Assembly: GCA_036676395.1 (NCBI GenBank)
Contig: JAKFCY010000003.1
Span: 96,001-160,000, forward strand
DNA from: Bdellovibrio sp.
Lineage (GTDB): Bacteria > Bdellovibrionota > Bdellovibrionia > Bdellovibrionales > Bdellovibrionaceae
Length of the DNA: 64,000 nucleotides
Reading direction: 5' to 3'
A program made the translations under genes and the position numbers. Each line of letters begins with the position of its first letter. The stretch's first letter is position 1. Below the pieces are notes generated by a model. That model saw only the letters and a list, made by a program, of their open reading frames with translations. It was not told the DNA's origin and did not search any database. Shown one piece after another: positions 29,386 to 40,208 of the stretch.

Positions 29386-30516
29386 TTACCGTCTAACCGG
29401 AATCGGCTGTAAATACATGCCGCCTGATTTAATTAAAATATTCCAAGTCTTTTTCATTGAATCAATTTCAGTGCGCAACAAATCCATTTCGAATTTTAAT
29501 TGAGCAATTTTTTCGTCGTAATTTTTTTGGCAGCTTAGTTTGTATTCAGCTTTTGTTTGGTCAAACTTCTTTTGCGCTTCTACGATTTTAGCTGAAAGAG
29601 GCTCAAGCTTTTCTTTGTAGAACTGAGAATTCTGAAAATTTTCTGATTCAGCTTCTAATTTCGCACGCAAAATTTCAGAGAACTGAACTGTTTTTAATTT
29701 TCTGGCTAATCCCATTAACGAAGCTAATTGGATAGACCATTTGGTTGGATCCCAGTGATACCACTTGATGCCATTACGGTAGTCGAATTGAAACTTGTGA
29801 TGAAAGTTATGGTAACCTTCGCCATGTGTTAAAAACGCCATAATAATAGAATCTTTAGCTGTCAGATCCTTTGAATACGGAGTGTTTCCTAAAGTATGCG
29901 CTAAAGAATTAATAAAGAATGTTGATTGCTGAGTTAAGAAAATTCTAATGCCGCCAGCGATCACTAAACCTAAAAGCGCATTACCTAACATCGCACCCAC
30001 AACCAGAGGCATCATGTAACCAACGCCGATGGCCCAGATCATGTAGTAGTCGTGCTGCATTTTAACTAATTTATTTTTTTCTAAATCAGGAGCTTGAATC
30101 GGAAGACTGACTGAATCGTGCAACATCATCCAACCCATGTGCGCGTAGAAAAATCCACGTTTGATTGAATACGGATCTTTATCAGTGTCTTCAAAACGAT
30201 GATGAATACGGTGATCGCTTGACCATTTTAAGCATGAACCTTGAAATGCACCCGCTCCGATTAAAAGTAAGATCGCTTCTAAAACCGGATGAGCTTCATA
30301 AGATTTATGCGAGAATAAACGGTGGTAACCCATCGTGATACTTAAATTCGTAGCAATGGCGAAAACTAAACCGAATAAAGTGATCCAACCAATGTGACCA
30401 GCTGTGTAGCTGTTAGAGAACACAAGATATAATACAAGTGTAACGATAGAGATAATCGGATTTAAGACCAAAAATAAAGTCACCGACCAACAGATTTTTT
30501 TTAAATTATTTGTCAT
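29386..30516 (-). CDS. Delta-9-type fatty acid desaturase
   Basis: His boxes HRLFSH, HRIHH and HNFHH; TM helices; C-terminal coiled coil. Confidence 0.94.
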   Translation of the reverse strand: MTNNLKKICWSVTLFLVLNPIISIVTLVLYLVFSNSYTAGHIGWITLFGLVFAIATNLSITMGYHRLFSHKSYEAHPVLEAILLLIGAGAFQGSCLKWSSDHRIHHRFEDTDKDPYSIKRGFFYAHMGWMMLHDSVSLPIQAPDLEKNKLVKMQHDYYMIWAIGVGYMMPLVVGAMLGNALLGLVIAGGIRIFLTQQSTFFINSLAHTLGNTPYSKDLTAKDSIIMAFLTHGEGYHNFHHKFQFDYRNGIKWYHWDPTKWSIQLASLMGLARKLKTVQFSEILRAKLEAESENFQNSQFYKEKLEPLSAKIVEAQKKFDQTKAEYKLSCQKNYDEKIAQLKFEMDLLRTEIDSMKKTWNILIKSGGMYLQPIPVRR

Positions 30517-30589
30517 GGGTTTAATACTACCCGTAATCGAAAGGATAGTTTAGTGAAATTTCCTTTAACCCTGTCAGGATATCTACATC

Positions 30590-32137
30590 TTAGTTTGTTT
30601 TCTGCGGAGCCTCGACTCTAAAAAACTCAATCGCGTCTATAACCGCTTTAGGCTTATAAAATTGATACTTTTCATTCCATTGAACGTCTTGCCAACCGAG
30701 CAGCTGAAACTCACGCTGCGTAACATCCCGATTTTGCACAAGTTCGAAAAAATTTTTAATGTGCTGAAGTTCATTCAGGCGTTGCTGCAACGAAGGCAGG
30801 TGAAACTGGATGAAAGCTAATTGAGATTCAGTTTTGGTAAACTCTTGAGCACCATACTTTAAAAGCATGTCAAAAGCGTAACTTTGCTGACTATTACACC
30901 CCTTAATCATCAATAATTTTTCAGAATTGCCAGCGAATTGACCTATCGCGATTTCTTTTAAGATCGGACAGGCAAAAAACACATGCTGGCGAATTTTAAC
31001 CTGGTCAAAAATCTTAAGCGAAAGTCCGCTGCGCGAAGGTAAAATCCAGATCTGATCTTTGTCTTTAACGGCCACCTGTAAGTTTAAATTCTGTCTGGAT
31101 GCAGCTTCTAGTGATTTAAATAAAGGTGAACTCGGCTCTAAGTGGTCCGGAAACTCTACAAGCACATCAAAATAGGCTTCAGCAAAGGAATCCGAAACCC
31201 CGTGACTTTGCAAGTACTGGTTAAGGCGCGCGATAAACCTGCGCTGCGGATAACTGGCTTCTTGCTTTAAACTAAACTGCTCGGCAAAAACTTTAAGGAT
31301 GGTTAATCCTTCTTTTAAGGAATTATCCTGATCTAATAAAAACTCAATCGCTTTTTCTGAATCTACTGAGCGTTCAGCCACTAACCGTGGAATTTCTTGT
31401 AAAAAATTATTCTGTTCGCTGTAGCTTAACGAATCATATGCAGCCACTAAGCTTGAAGTTAAAAGCGGACGTAAGCTCATCGTTAAAAGTTGTTTTCGAT
31501 TATGCCCTAATCCATCAAGACTGGCACAGCGTTGAAAATCTTCTGAACTGCGCCAGGCTGATTCACAATACACATCTAAATTTTTTAATACCTGTGGCCA
31601 TTTAGCTAAACCTAATTCAGGAAACAACTGCGTCACCGGATCTTGGCGATCTATTTGACCAAACGTTGCGTAATAAATTAAATCCGCTAACGACTTATCA
31701 AATAGTTTTAGTTTTGCATCTTGGTTGTTAGCACTTTGTAACCATAACCGAATAATCGCTTGCTCAAGGTGACCCTTTGCTAAGGCCAAACTTTTACCAA
31801 TGCGAATCTGATTTTGTTCGACCTGAAAAATAAGTGGGTTAGTTTCATCGATCACTAAGTGCACGCTAGTCTGACTTGGTTTAATACGATTGAGCACCAT
31901 TGATAGTTGATTTAAACGAGACTCTAAAGCTTCAGCATAATTGTTAAGATTTTCTGAGTATTCGGCAGCTTTGCGTTTTGAACAGGTATAAACTGATTCG
32001 ACCTTTTCTGAAGAAACCACGTCTAACTTTTCAACGAGCGTGGAATCAATACACGGATAGGGCTTGCTCAGCTGCAGCAGTGCCAGAAAAGATAAGTAAA
32101 ATCCAATAGTTAGAATGACGTACACGTTTTGTTTCAT
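30590..32137 (-). CDS. Membrane-anchored hypothetical protein
   Basis: 515-aa ORF with N-terminal TM helix and six Cys; no recognised family. Confidence 0.75.
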   Translation of the reverse strand: MKQNVYVILTIGFYLSFLALLQLSKPYPCIDSTLVEKLDVVSSEKVESVYTCSKRKAAEYSENLNNYAEALESRLNQLSMVLNRIKPSQTSVHLVIDETNPLIFQVEQNQIRIGKSLALAKGHLEQAIIRLWLQSANNQDAKLKLFDKSLADLIYYATFGQIDRQDPVTQLFPELGLAKWPQVLKNLDVYCESAWRSSEDFQRCASLDGLGHNRKQLLTMSLRPLLTSSLVAAYDSLSYSEQNNFLQEIPRLVAERSVDSEKAIEFLLDQDNSLKEGLTILKVFAEQFSLKQEASYPQRRFIARLNQYLQSHGVSDSFAEAYFDVLVEFPDHLEPSSPLFKSLEAASRQNLNLQVAVKDKDQIWILPSRSGLSLKIFDQVKIRQHVFFACPILKEIAIGQFAGNSEKLLMIKGCNSQQSYAFDMLLKYGAQEFTKTESQLAFIQFHLPSLQQRLNELQHIKNFFELVQNRDVTQREFQLLGWQDVQWNEKYQFYKPKAVIDAIEFFRVEAPQKTN

Positions 32138-32152
32138 TACTCATTGTTAAAA

Positions 32153-32167
32153 GCAAAACAAGGACCA
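32153..32167 (-). promoter_or_regulatory. sigma54-type -24/-12 promoter
   Basis: TGGTCCTTGTTTTGC, 15 nt upstream of the ATG at 32137. Confidence 0.6.
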
Positions 32168-32220
32168 AATAGTAAAATGCAGCTTACTAAAGCTAGGCTT
32201 ATTTAGGGGTTTGTAATACG

Positions 32221-33369
32221 ATGCAAATATCAATGTTAACGAAGAGTTATAAATTCACAGATAATGAGTGGTCCGAGCCTTTTGATCCGTCGATGGATTC
32301 AGAAAACACTATGATTTTGGTCTTCTTCGAATCAACATTAGTCATTGATCAGCATTTAAAAAATATCAGAGCTGTTTATCCAAAAAGTAAAATAGTAGGG
32401 TCATCAACATCTGGTGAAATTCAAAATGGCGAGATCAACGATAATTCAATTGTTTGTGTTGTTACACGGTTTAAACACACACGTTTAAAACTATTTTCAA
32501 CACCCATTGATTTTACAACATCAGCCGAAGTAGGCCGAACAATTTCTGAGTCTTTGGCTTCGCCTGAATTAAAAAATATTTTACTTTTTACCGATGGCTT
32601 AAACATTGATGGCTCTGATCTCATTAAAGAAATGCATCAAACTTTACTTGAAAAAAATATTTATACCCCAATTACCGGAGGATTAGCCGGAGACGGAAAC
32701 CGCTTCATTAATACTTTTGTTATTTTTGACACCGAAATAAAAACTCACCACGCAGTGGCTTTAGGTTTTTATGGCGAACATATTCAAGTTTTTGCAGGCA
32801 CTGGCACAGGTTGGGATCCATTTGGTCCGTTACGTGTAGTTACAAAAGCAAAGCACAATACAGTTTTCGAAATTGACGGCATTCCTGCTCTAAAACTTTA
32901 TCGTGAGTATTTAAAAGAAGATGCCCAAAATCTTCCGGTCTCTGGAGTTTTGTTTCCGCTAGGTGTTTCATGGGGAAAAAACGAAAATATTGTTCGCTCT
33001 GTGGCACGCATTGACGAAGCTAATAACGGATTAATTTTTGCCAGCAGAATTCCTGAGAACTCAAAAGTACAGCTGATGCACAGTAATGTGATGAAGCTCA
33101 TCAACGCGGCTGAAAACGCATTAGATAACTGTCCGATGGATTTCACACAAGACACGCCAACATTGGCCTTGATCGTCAGTTGTATTGGACGGCGTATGAT
33201 CATGGGGCAAAAAACTGAAGATGAAATTGAAATTATCCGTGATCGTTTACCTATTCACGCTGAAATTTGCGGATTTTATTCTTACGGAGAATTTGCACCT
33301 ACGGCAAATAAACAGAATGAATTGCATAACCAAACGATGACTTTAATTATCTTTCAGGAAAGGCCTTAA
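32221..33369 (+). CDS. FIST (NosP-like) sensory protein
   Basis: GSSTSGEI, GGLAGDG, GWDPFG, SCIGRR, GFYSYGE and LHNQTM. Confidence 0.92.
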   Translation: MQISMLTKSYKFTDNEWSEPFDPSMDSENTMILVFFESTLVIDQHLKNIRAVYPKSKIVGSSTSGEIQNGEINDNSIVCVVTRFKHTRLKLFSTPIDFTTSAEVGRTISESLASPELKNILLFTDGLNIDGSDLIKEMHQTLLEKNIYTPITGGLAGDGNRFINTFVIFDTEIKTHHAVALGFYGEHIQVFAGTGTGWDPFGPLRVVTKAKHNTVFEIDGIPALKLYREYLKEDAQNLPVSGVLFPLGVSWGKNENIVRSVARIDEANNGLIFASRIPENSKVQLMHSNVMKLINAAENALDNCPMDFTQDTPTLALIVSCIGRRMIMGQKTEDEIEIIRDRLPIHAEICGFYSYGEFAPTANKQNELHNQTMTLIIFQERP

Positions 33370-34644
33370 GTGAAATCGAAAATGCTTCAGCGACAATTAA
33401 AGAAGCTTAATTTCAGCGAACAAGATGCCCCTGCAACCGCGCAGGAATGGCAAGAATTGCTAAAACTAATTGATATCACCTACAACGAGTACGAAAGTCA
33501 TTTATATCGTTCACACAATACCTTAAATGTCGCGACCGATGAATTACAACGTCTTTATTCAGAACTTGAATCGAAATCATCACAAAAAATTCAATCTTTA
33601 GATTCTAGACTGCAAAACATCATGAGCACAGCTCCCTGTATTATTATGTGGGTTGATGATCAGGGCAATATTGAAGGCTGTAATGATTTTTTTCGCCAGC
33701 TTCTAAAATTTAATGATTCTTTGGATGATAAAAAAATTTCGTTAGGCGATTTAAAATTGCATGATCTGCTTGAAAAAACTAACGAGTTTGTTAAAGCTTC
33801 ATCGACACAAACGAGCTTTATTAAGCAAATTGGTAATCATTATTTTAAAATGACTTTAAATAAAATGCGTGATCAAAATAAGATCTCGATTTTAGGTTTT
33901 GATGTGACCGAAGATATTAATAAACAAAATACGATCAATCAGATTCAGGCTAAAGCTGTGCAAACTTCAAAATTAGCGGTATTAGGTGAATTAGCTGCTG
34001 GCGTTGCCCACGAAATTAATAACCCGTTAATGATTTTAACTTCGGTAGCTTTTGTCGTGCAAAAACACATCGAGCAAAACAAATACGATCAGCTTCCTGA
34101 AAAATTAGAAAAAATTCAGAGCACGATTACCCGTATTAGCCGTATTGTGAATGGCCTTCGCACTTATGCACGCGACGGTGAAAATGACCCAATGATGCCG
34201 GTCAATATTGCCGATGTTATTTTAGAATCTCTGGAATTATGTGTTGAAAGTATTCGTTATCAAAATATTGAAGTTAATTTTGATAATCAGATGACTGTTC
34301 CTCCGATTGTGAACTGTCGTGATACCCAAATTTCTCAGGTGATTTTAAATTTAATCAGCAACGCTAAAGATGCCGTACTACCGTTAAAAGAAAAATGGAT
34401 TAAAGTTATCTTACGCCAGCAAAATAATAACATCGTATTGCAAGTGATCGATTCTGGCCCTGGTATTTCATTAGATATTCGCGATCAGATTTTTCAGCCA
34501 TTTTTCACCACGAAAGATGTCGGTAACGGAACTGGTTTAGGTTTAAGTATTTCGACTGAAATTATTAAAATCCACCTTGGCCGACTTTTTGTCGACACAA
34601 GTTTTCCGAACACGTGTTTTACTATTGAATTACCGTTAGCTTAA
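33370..34644 (+). CDS. Cytoplasmic sensor histidine kinase (PAS-like + HisKA + HATPase)
   Basis: GELAAGVAHEINNPL, QVILNLISNAKDA, DSGPGI and FFTTKDVGNGTGLGLSI; GTG start. Confidence 0.95.
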   Translation: MKSKMLQRQLKKLNFSEQDAPATAQEWQELLKLIDITYNEYESHLYRSHNTLNVATDELQRLYSELESKSSQKIQSLDSRLQNIMSTAPCIIMWVDDQGNIEGCNDFFRQLLKFNDSLDDKKISLGDLKLHDLLEKTNEFVKASSTQTSFIKQIGNHYFKMTLNKMRDQNKISILGFDVTEDINKQNTINQIQAKAVQTSKLAVLGELAAGVAHEINNPLMILTSVAFVVQKHIEQNKYDQLPEKLEKIQSTITRISRIVNGLRTYARDGENDPMMPVNIADVILESLELCVESIRYQNIEVNFDNQMTVPPIVNCRDTQISQVILNLISNAKDAVLPLKEKWIKVILRQQNNNIVLQVIDSGPGISLDIRDQIFQPFFTTKDVGNGTGLGLSISTEIIKIHLGRLFVDTSFPNTCFTIELPLA

Positions 34645-35556
34645 TTAAACTTTTAAAGTGCCGACACGGCCGACACGTGATGAGAGTGCATGATTCATTT
34701 GTGGTTCTAACCAACGGTTGATTTCGCACAGCTTGTCGATATCAAGGCCAGTCACAACACCCATACCGTCAAACATATAAACCACATCTTCAGTAGCTAC
34801 ATTGCCTGTAGCGCCTTTCGCATATGGACACCCACCTAAACCACCAATACTTGAATCAAATACGCGAACCCCCACCTTATAGGCTTCAAGAATATTAGCT
34901 AAAGCCTGCCCGCGGGTATCGTGGAAATGACCTGCAAGACGTGCAATCGGAACTGCTTTTTTTAATTTTTTAAATAATGAATTCACTTGGTTAACAGTCG
35001 CCACACCAATGGTGTCGCCGATAGAAATTTCGTAGCAGCCCATTTTATAAAGGCGTTTGGCCAGTTCTACGACTTTTTTCTCGGGCACAGCACCTTCAAA
35101 CGGGCAACCAAAGCACACCGACAAATAACCGCGCACTTTGATCTTATTTTTTTTGGCCATTTTTATGATGGGTTCAAAACGTTTAAAACTTTCTTCGATG
35201 CTGCAGTTAATGTTTTTTTGCGAAAATGCCTCTGAACTTGAAGCAAAAATAGCGACTTCTTTAATACCTGTCTCAAGGGCTGCGTTCATGCCCATTTCAT
35301 TAGGTACAAGTACGCTTGATTGATATTTTTTTTGATCTGGATATTTATCTAATACTAATTCAGTTAATTCTTTTGATACCGCCATTTGTGGCACCCATTT
35401 AGGTGATACAAATGCCCCGACTTCGAAAGTTTTTGTTCCTGCCGCGACTAGTTTTTCTAAAAGTTCAAAACGTTGAAATACAGATAAAACAGTGGATTCA
35501 TTTTGTAATCCATCTCGTAAACCTACTTCAACAATTTTTACTTTTGTTTTTGCCAC
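34645..35556 (-). CDS. liuE: Hydroxymethylglutaryl-CoA lyase
   Basis: EVGLRDGLQNE, HFHDTRG and GLGGCPYA.GATGNVATED. Confidence 0.94.
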   Translation of the reverse strand: MAKTKVKIVEVGLRDGLQNESTVLSVFQRFELLEKLVAAGTKTFEVGAFVSPKWVPQMAVSKELTELVLDKYPDQKKYQSSVLVPNEMGMNAALETGIKEVAIFASSSEAFSQKNINCSIEESFKRFEPIIKMAKKNKIKVRGYLSVCFGCPFEGAVPEKKVVELAKRLYKMGCYEISIGDTIGVATVNQVNSLFKKLKKAVPIARLAGHFHDTRGQALANILEAYKVGVRVFDSSIGGLGGCPYAKGATGNVATEDVVYMFDGMGVVTGLDIDKLCEINRWLEPQMNHALSSRVGRVGTLKV

Positions 35557-35558
35557 GC

Positions 35559-35924
35559 TTATATACTTTCTACTTTAACTAATTTTACAAGAACTGCGCC
35601 AACCTGCACTTGGTCATTTATTTTACCAGTTACAGTTTCAACAGTTGTTTCTAAGTCTGATTTTAAGGTGTATTCCATTTTCATGGCTTCCATAACTAAT
35701 AACGCCTGACCCACTGTGACGGCATCACCAGCTTTAACAAACACTTTGGTAATTTTACCCGGCATCGGGGCAACAATCACATCAGGGCTAGCCGTATTTG
35801 ATTTTTTACGACGCTGGCCTTCAGAAGATAAATCAATAATATCATACGACCAGGTTTCGCTGCCCGATTTAATCCACAGAGTTTGACCAACTTTTTCAAC
35901 CTGCATGTTGTCGATTGTTTTCAT
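35559..35924 (-). CDS. Stand-alone biotin carboxyl carrier subunit (split MCC alpha C-terminus)
   Basis: APMPG and EAMKM biotinylation motif; TAATG overlap with the upstream biotin carboxylase; own RBS GGAGAGG. Confidence 0.88.
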   Translation of the reverse strand: MKTIDNMQVEKVGQTLWIKSGSETWSYDIIDLSSEGQRRKKSNTASPDVIVAPMPGKITKVFVKAGDAVTVGQALLVMEAMKMEYTLKSDLETTVETVTGKINDQVQVGAVLVKLVKVESI

Positions 35925-37423
35925 TAGATACCTCTCCAATGACTAAGCCATGGTGAATTTTCAGTCGTCGTTTGACTTGAGCCAGCTGCTCCCGCTCCTG
36001 CACCACTTGCGATAAACTTTTTATAAATTTCTTGGCTTAATTTTTTACGATCGGCTTCGACATGTTTTGATTTTAAGCCGTCAGCAAAATTTTTCTCGAT
36101 AAAACGAGTTGTCATCGTGCCGTCAATAAATTCAGGGTGCGATAAAATTTCAATTAAATACGGGATATTCGTGTGCACGCCAAACACTGTTGAATCTTTT
36201 AATACACGAATCATTTTTTCAATAGCCCGCGGACGCGACTCATCCCATACGATCGCTTTAGCAATCATCGGATCATAATGTGAAGTGATCGTGTCACCTT
36301 TTTCAAAACCAAATTCATAACGTCGGCGTGGGCCCTCTGGCCAGTGAACCGTACCTAATAAGCCTGTCGAAGGCACTCCGCCCATGTAAGAGTTTTCGGC
36401 ATAGATACGACATTCAATTGAATGCCCGCGTGGAATTCTGATTTCGTTATCATTCCAGACAAATTTTTCTTGCGCCGTTAATAATTGCATTTTAACTAAA
36501 TCAACACCCAGTACTTCTTCAGTGACCGGATGTTCAACTTGTAAACGTGTGTTTACTTCTAATAAATAAAATTTTCCGTCTTGTAATAAAAATTCAACAG
36601 TGCCGGCACCTTTGTATTTACCAAGTGTACCTAACGTCACGGCCACTTCGCCCATTTTACGGCGAAGATCTTCAGTTAATGAAGGCGACGTAGCTTCTTC
36701 GATAATTTTTTGGTGGCGACGTTGCACTGAACATTCGCGATCAAATAAGTGCATAACTTTTCCGGTGCTATCGCCGAAAATTTGAAATTCGATATGCTTT
36801 GCACGATCTAAATATTTTTCTAAGAAAACTTTTTCTGAACCAAAAGCCGATTTGGCTTCACGTTGCGCTGATTCAATCGCTTCAACGGCTTCAGACATTT
36901 GTTTAATTAATTTCATACCGCGACCACCACCACCAGCAGCGGCTTTCACGATCACAGGTAAGCCAATAATTTCAACTTCTTTAAGTAAAGTTTGAACTGT
37001 TTGGTCTTCGCCTTCATAACCCGGAACCAGGGGTAAGCCAGCTTTTTTGGCTAAGGCTTTACAGCTGACTTTATCACCCAAAGTGCGAATGGCTTCTGCC
37101 GAAGGGCCAATGAAGGTTAAACCAGCTTGCTCACAACGTCCGGCGAAGTCTGCGTTTTCAGACAGGAATCCAAAACCAGGATGAACTGCTTGCGCTCCCA
37201 TGGCGATGGCACCTTGAATATTAGCTTCGATATTTAAATAACTTTCGGCTGTGGCCGCAGGACCAATACAGACTTTGTGAGTCGCCATACGAAATGCGCG
37301 AGAATTAATATCAGCTTCAGAATGCAGCAGCACGGTTTCTAAACCTAGCTCCTCGCAAGCTTTAATAATTCGAACAGCGACTTCTCCACGATTAGCAATA
37401 GCAACACGACTGAATTTTGGCAT
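35924..37423 (-). CDS. liuD: Biotin carboxylase, methylcrotonyl-CoA carboxylase alpha N-terminal part
   Basis: [36 protein letters not shown] and [10 protein letters not shown]; lacks the biotin carrier domain. Confidence 0.88.
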   Translation of the reverse strand: MPKFSRVAIANRGEVAVRIIKACEELGLETVLLHSEADINSRAFRMATHKVCIGPAATAESYLNIEANIQGAIAMGAQAVHPGFGFLSENADFAGRCEQAGLTFIGPSAEAIRTLGDKVSCKALAKKAGLPLVPGYEGEDQTVQTLLKEVEIIGLPVIVKAAAGGGGRGMKLIKQMSEAVEAIESAQREAKSAFGSEKVFLEKYLDRAKHIEFQIFGDSTGKVMHLFDRECSVQRRHQKIIEEATSPSLTEDLRRKMGEVAVTLGTLGKYKGAGTVEFLLQDGKFYLLEVNTRLQVEHPVTEEVLGVDLVKMQLLTAQEKFVWNDNEIRIPRGHSIECRIYAENSYMGGVPSTGLLGTVHWPEGPRRRYEFGFEKGDTITSHYDPMIAKAIVWDESRPRAIEKMIRVLKDSTVFGVHTNIPYLIEILSHPEFIDGTMTTRFIEKNFADGLKSKHVEADRKKLSQEIYKKFIASGAGAGAAGSSQTTTENSPWLSHWRGI

Positions 37424-37467
37424 AAAATTAGGTATAAACTTCTTTTAAAGTTTTGTACAATAGAGAG

Positions 37468-37845
37468 ATGAAAATTGGCCTCTATTTAGATAACGTTGCT
37501 ATGCATATATTAAACCGAGGCATTTTTGTCAGTTGCGAACCTGTGGATCGCATAGAATCTGCTCAACCCGGCCTTGTCGACGAACGCTTAAGCGAAGTTG
37601 GAATGGTTTATTTAGTCTGTGATACTGAAAAAGAGATTCAAGGCAAAGCCAAGCTGACAGACGCTTTCATTACCACTTATGGCGATCCTGACCCTATCAT
37701 GCTTGAACATATGGGCTTTAAAGATAAGCCTGATCGCTTTAAATCTGAATATGCTGGTCTTTTTAAACAGCAATTTCCCGAAGACCCCCTAATGGATGAG
37801 ACCGAACTGTTCGTCTGTATATACGAACCTGTAAAAGATAGCTGA
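37468..37845 (+). CDS. Hypothetical protein, possibly ASCH/PUA-like
   Basis: 125-aa ORF; the VG.VYLVCD...GKAKLT pattern loosely resembles ASCH; -10 box 6 nt before the ATG. Confidence 0.55.
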   Translation: MKIGLYLDNVAMHILNRGIFVSCEPVDRIESAQPGLVDERLSEVGMVYLVCDTEKEIQGKAKLTDAFITTYGDPDPIMLEHMGFKDKPDRFKSEYAGLFKQQFPEDPLMDETELFVCIYEPVKDS

Positions 37846-37916
37846 TCAAACTTTTGACAGTCTCTATTTCGCCGCACCCGTGGTATAACCTTTGAAAATT
37901 AACGAAAGGTTCCCCC

Positions 37917-38225
37917 ATGAAAGCTTTTACCGTTATCTTTGCTATTCTTACTTTATCTGCTTTTGCCAATGCATCTTGTATCGGCGAAGCACAAATCATC
38001 GCAAAAGTTGATTCATTAAAAACTGACTCAATGACTACTTGTCGCGTGATGATTTCTAGCGTGAGATTATACAACGAAAGCATTATCTGCCCGTTAGATC
38101 TTTCAGAAGTTATGTCTGAAGGTATCGAAATTGGTCTTAAAAATGGCCATGATTGTGAATTCGAATCAGACGTGATCTCTGGTATTTTAGTTAAAAACAA
38201 AGCCGGCGTAATCTTTTTAGAATAA
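37917..38225 (+). CDS. Small exported Cys-containing hypothetical protein
   Basis: Signal peptide ending AFANA, four Cys, RBS AAAGG. Confidence 0.75.
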   Translation: MKAFTVIFAILTLSAFANASCIGEAQIIAKVDSLKTDSMTTCRVMISSVRLYNESIICPLDLSEVMSEGIEIGLKNGHDCEFESDVISGILVKNKAGVIFLE

Positions 38226-38230
38226 TTTTT

Positions 38231-39019
38231 TTATTTACACTGATCCCATTGTAAGTGGTAAGAAACGCTGTTCTTATCACTTACTTGGCCGTCAATCGTA
38301 TCAAGCGTAATCATCGCTTGTTCGCCAGTTGCATTGCTCGTTACCGCAATGCTCACATCAACTTCTAAATTGTAAGTTCCACCGCAAGTTTTAAGAATTG
38401 GATTCAGCAGCGGATTTAATTTTTTAATATTTACCAGCGGTTTGTTTTGAATGACTGCACTCATAAAAAAATCTTCAACTAATGGGCCTTCGAATGTTTG
38501 TTGGCTTTTCACACGCGCGCCTAAGGCTTTTAATCCTTGATGGCGAATCTGATGAATAGCTGAAAGTCTTGCGCGGGCTTTTGCCGGTAAAGCGTGAAAG
38601 CCACGGTAATCCATTTGCGCTACAGCCATACGAAAACCTTTGGGCGCTTCAATCGGAATAATTAATCGACAAGTTTTTTCAGTTGTTTGTTTCATCGCCT
38701 GCTGGCCCGCTTCAGTCGTGAAGTTATCAAACACAATTGAAATTGCCCGGTTATCGCCCGACATGACAACTGACGCTGTTCCCTCCGGGCAACCTGAACC
38801 TTGATAATTAGGTTTTTGCATAATTACTTTTGATGGCGCTGGTTTATCCTTACTGGGTTTTTGTTTTTTCTTTTTGTTATCAAAAAATGGCCGGTCTTCT
38901 TCTTCCTGTTTGGCCTGCTGAGACTTACCTGGCAAAAGAGCACCAAGCTGAGCCTGTGCTGAGAAGCTATAAGTTAGAATTAGGGCTATAGTTATACAAA
39001 AAGATTTAGAAATAAGCAT
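38231..39019 (-). CDS. DUF4360 family exported protein
   Basis: YQGSGCPEGT, SIVFDNF, KTCRL, DYRGF and C-terminal W..C; signal peptide; start at ATG 39019. Confidence 0.8.
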   Translation of the reverse strand: MLISKSFCITIALILTYSFSAQAQLGALLPGKSQQAKQEEEDRPFFDNKKKKQKPSKDKPAPSKVIMQKPNYQGSGCPEGTASVVMSGDNRAISIVFDNFTTEAGQQAMKQTTEKTCRLIIPIEAPKGFRMAVAQMDYRGFHALPAKARARLSAIHQIRHQGLKALGARVKSQQTFEGPLVEDFFMSAVIQNKPLVNIKKLNPLLNPILKTCGGTYNLEVDVSIAVTSNATGEQAMITLDTIDGQVSDKNSVSYHLQWDQCK

Positions 39020-39045
39020 GATTCCCCCGTTGCTATAGCTATATA

Positions 39046-39060
39046 GCAAGCGAGGGACCA
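39046..39060 (-). promoter_or_regulatory. sigma54-type -24/-12 promoter
   Basis: TGGTCCCTCGCTTGC upstream of the DUF4360 gene. Confidence 0.6.
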
Positions 39061-39080
39061 GACATTTTGGCGCTACTTAA

Positions 39081-39374
39081 TTAATGAATGCTTGGACGAT
39101 CAATAGAATCATGGCCTTCAAGTTTTACTAATTTATTATAAATACCAATAAGCATAAAACTTGGACCACAAAGCCCGATAAAATTAGCTAAGAATTTCTT
39201 TTTCGTAAATGCGGTAAGGCCTGCAGAGATGGCCATGCTACCCAGCGCTAATGCTAAATAACCAACTGATGGAACCTTTGCAGTCACATCTTCGATTCGT
39301 TTGGTCATTTCGCCTTCTTTAGGAATTTTATTAGAATATTTCCCCATAAAACCCTGTAGTGTATTTTGCTTCAT
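39081..39374 (-). CDS. Small membrane hypothetical protein
   Basis: 97 aa, two hydrophobic segments, C-terminal GIYNKLVKLEGHD; RBS AAGGAG. Confidence 0.75.
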   Translation of the reverse strand: MKQNTLQGFMGKYSNKIPKEGEMTKRIEDVTAKVPSVGYLALALGSMAISAGLTAFTKKKFLANFIGLCGPSFMLIGIYNKLVKLEGHDSIDRPSIH

Positions 39375-39411
39375 AAATAACTCCTTTTGTTTATGTCAAA
39401 ACAAGTAAGGA

Positions 39412-39426
39412 GCAATCTTTACGCCA
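39412..39426 (-). promoter_or_regulatory. sigma54-type -24/-12 promoter
   Basis: TGGCGTAAAGATTGC, close to the canonical TGGCAC-N5-TTGC. Confidence 0.65.
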
Positions 39427-39435
39427 ATGAAAGTT

Positions 39436-40206
39436 CTATTTTTTTTTGTTTAAAAAAGCTTTTAGACGCTCTTGGCCTTCTTTAGACATTCTGCGTTCAC
39501 TAATCACAGTTGTAGTTAGTTTTTTCTGCTCGGCCCAAGATTTTTCAGTCTTAGAATTTTCGATATTATTTAATAATTTTTTTGTTTCACGAACGGCTTC
39601 TAAACCTAAGCCAGAAAATTTTCTGGCTTCTATTAAGCCATCGTCTGCATTTTTAATGACGTGAACTAAACCCATACGTTGTGCCGTAGTTGAATCAAAA
39701 ACTTCAGCATTCAACATATACGGGCGAACCTGGCTGTCAGCACATTTACGTAAAATAAAAGCTGAAATTACCGCCGGTGATAAACCAAGCTTTACTTCAC
39801 TGAAACAGTATTTTGTAGCTTCGTCAGCGATCACATAATCACAAGCTGCGATTAAACCTAAAGCGCCACCAAAAGCTGCGCCGTGAATTATTCCGATCAC
39901 CGGAGCTTCACACAAAGCGATCGCTTCAAACATATCCCAAAGTTTTTCTGAATCTTTGATGTTTTGTTCGAATGAAAAATCAACCATCGACTTCATCCAG
40001 TTTAAATCGGCTCCGGCGCAAAATGCTGTGCCTGCACCTTTTAAAATGACAGCACGAACAGTTTTATCTTTAGAAATCGTTTGAAATGCTTCTGTGATTT
40101 CAGAAATCATTTCTGGGTTAAATGCGTTTTTTAATTCTGGTTTATTTAATTCAACAATTTTAATCGATTTATCGTTCAGGTCAGAAGTGATATTGATATT
40201 TTTCAT
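39436..40206 (-). CDS. liuC: Methylglutaconyl-CoA hydratase (crotonase family)
   Basis: NAFN, FCAGADL, AFGGALGL and SEVKLGL; liu context; start at ATG 40206. Confidence 0.85.
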   Translation of the reverse strand: MKNINITSDLNDKSIKIVELNKPELKNAFNPEMISEITEAFQTISKDKTVRAVILKGAGTAFCAGADLNWMKSMVDFSFEQNIKDSEKLWDMFEAIALCEAPVIGIIHGAAFGGALGLIAACDYVIADEATKYCFSEVKLGLSPAVISAFILRKCADSQVRPYMLNAEVFDSTTAQRMGLVHVIKNADDGLIEARKFSGLGLEAVRETKKLLNNIENSKTEKSWAEQKKLTTTVISERRMSKEGQERLKAFLNKKK

Positions 40207-40208
40207 AA

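Noticed and set aside
35920..35930. Programmed frameshift or pseudogene in MCC alpha
   Set aside because: A clean TAATG coupling with a strong RBS fits two genes; no slippery site seen.
37763..38200. 145-aa minus-strand ORF and the other short antisense/alternate-frame ORFs in the track (e.g. 14913..15191, 16900..17289, 27283..27666, 62519..62869)
   Set aside because: They are shadow ORFs over better-supported genes, with no RBS or recognisable motifs.
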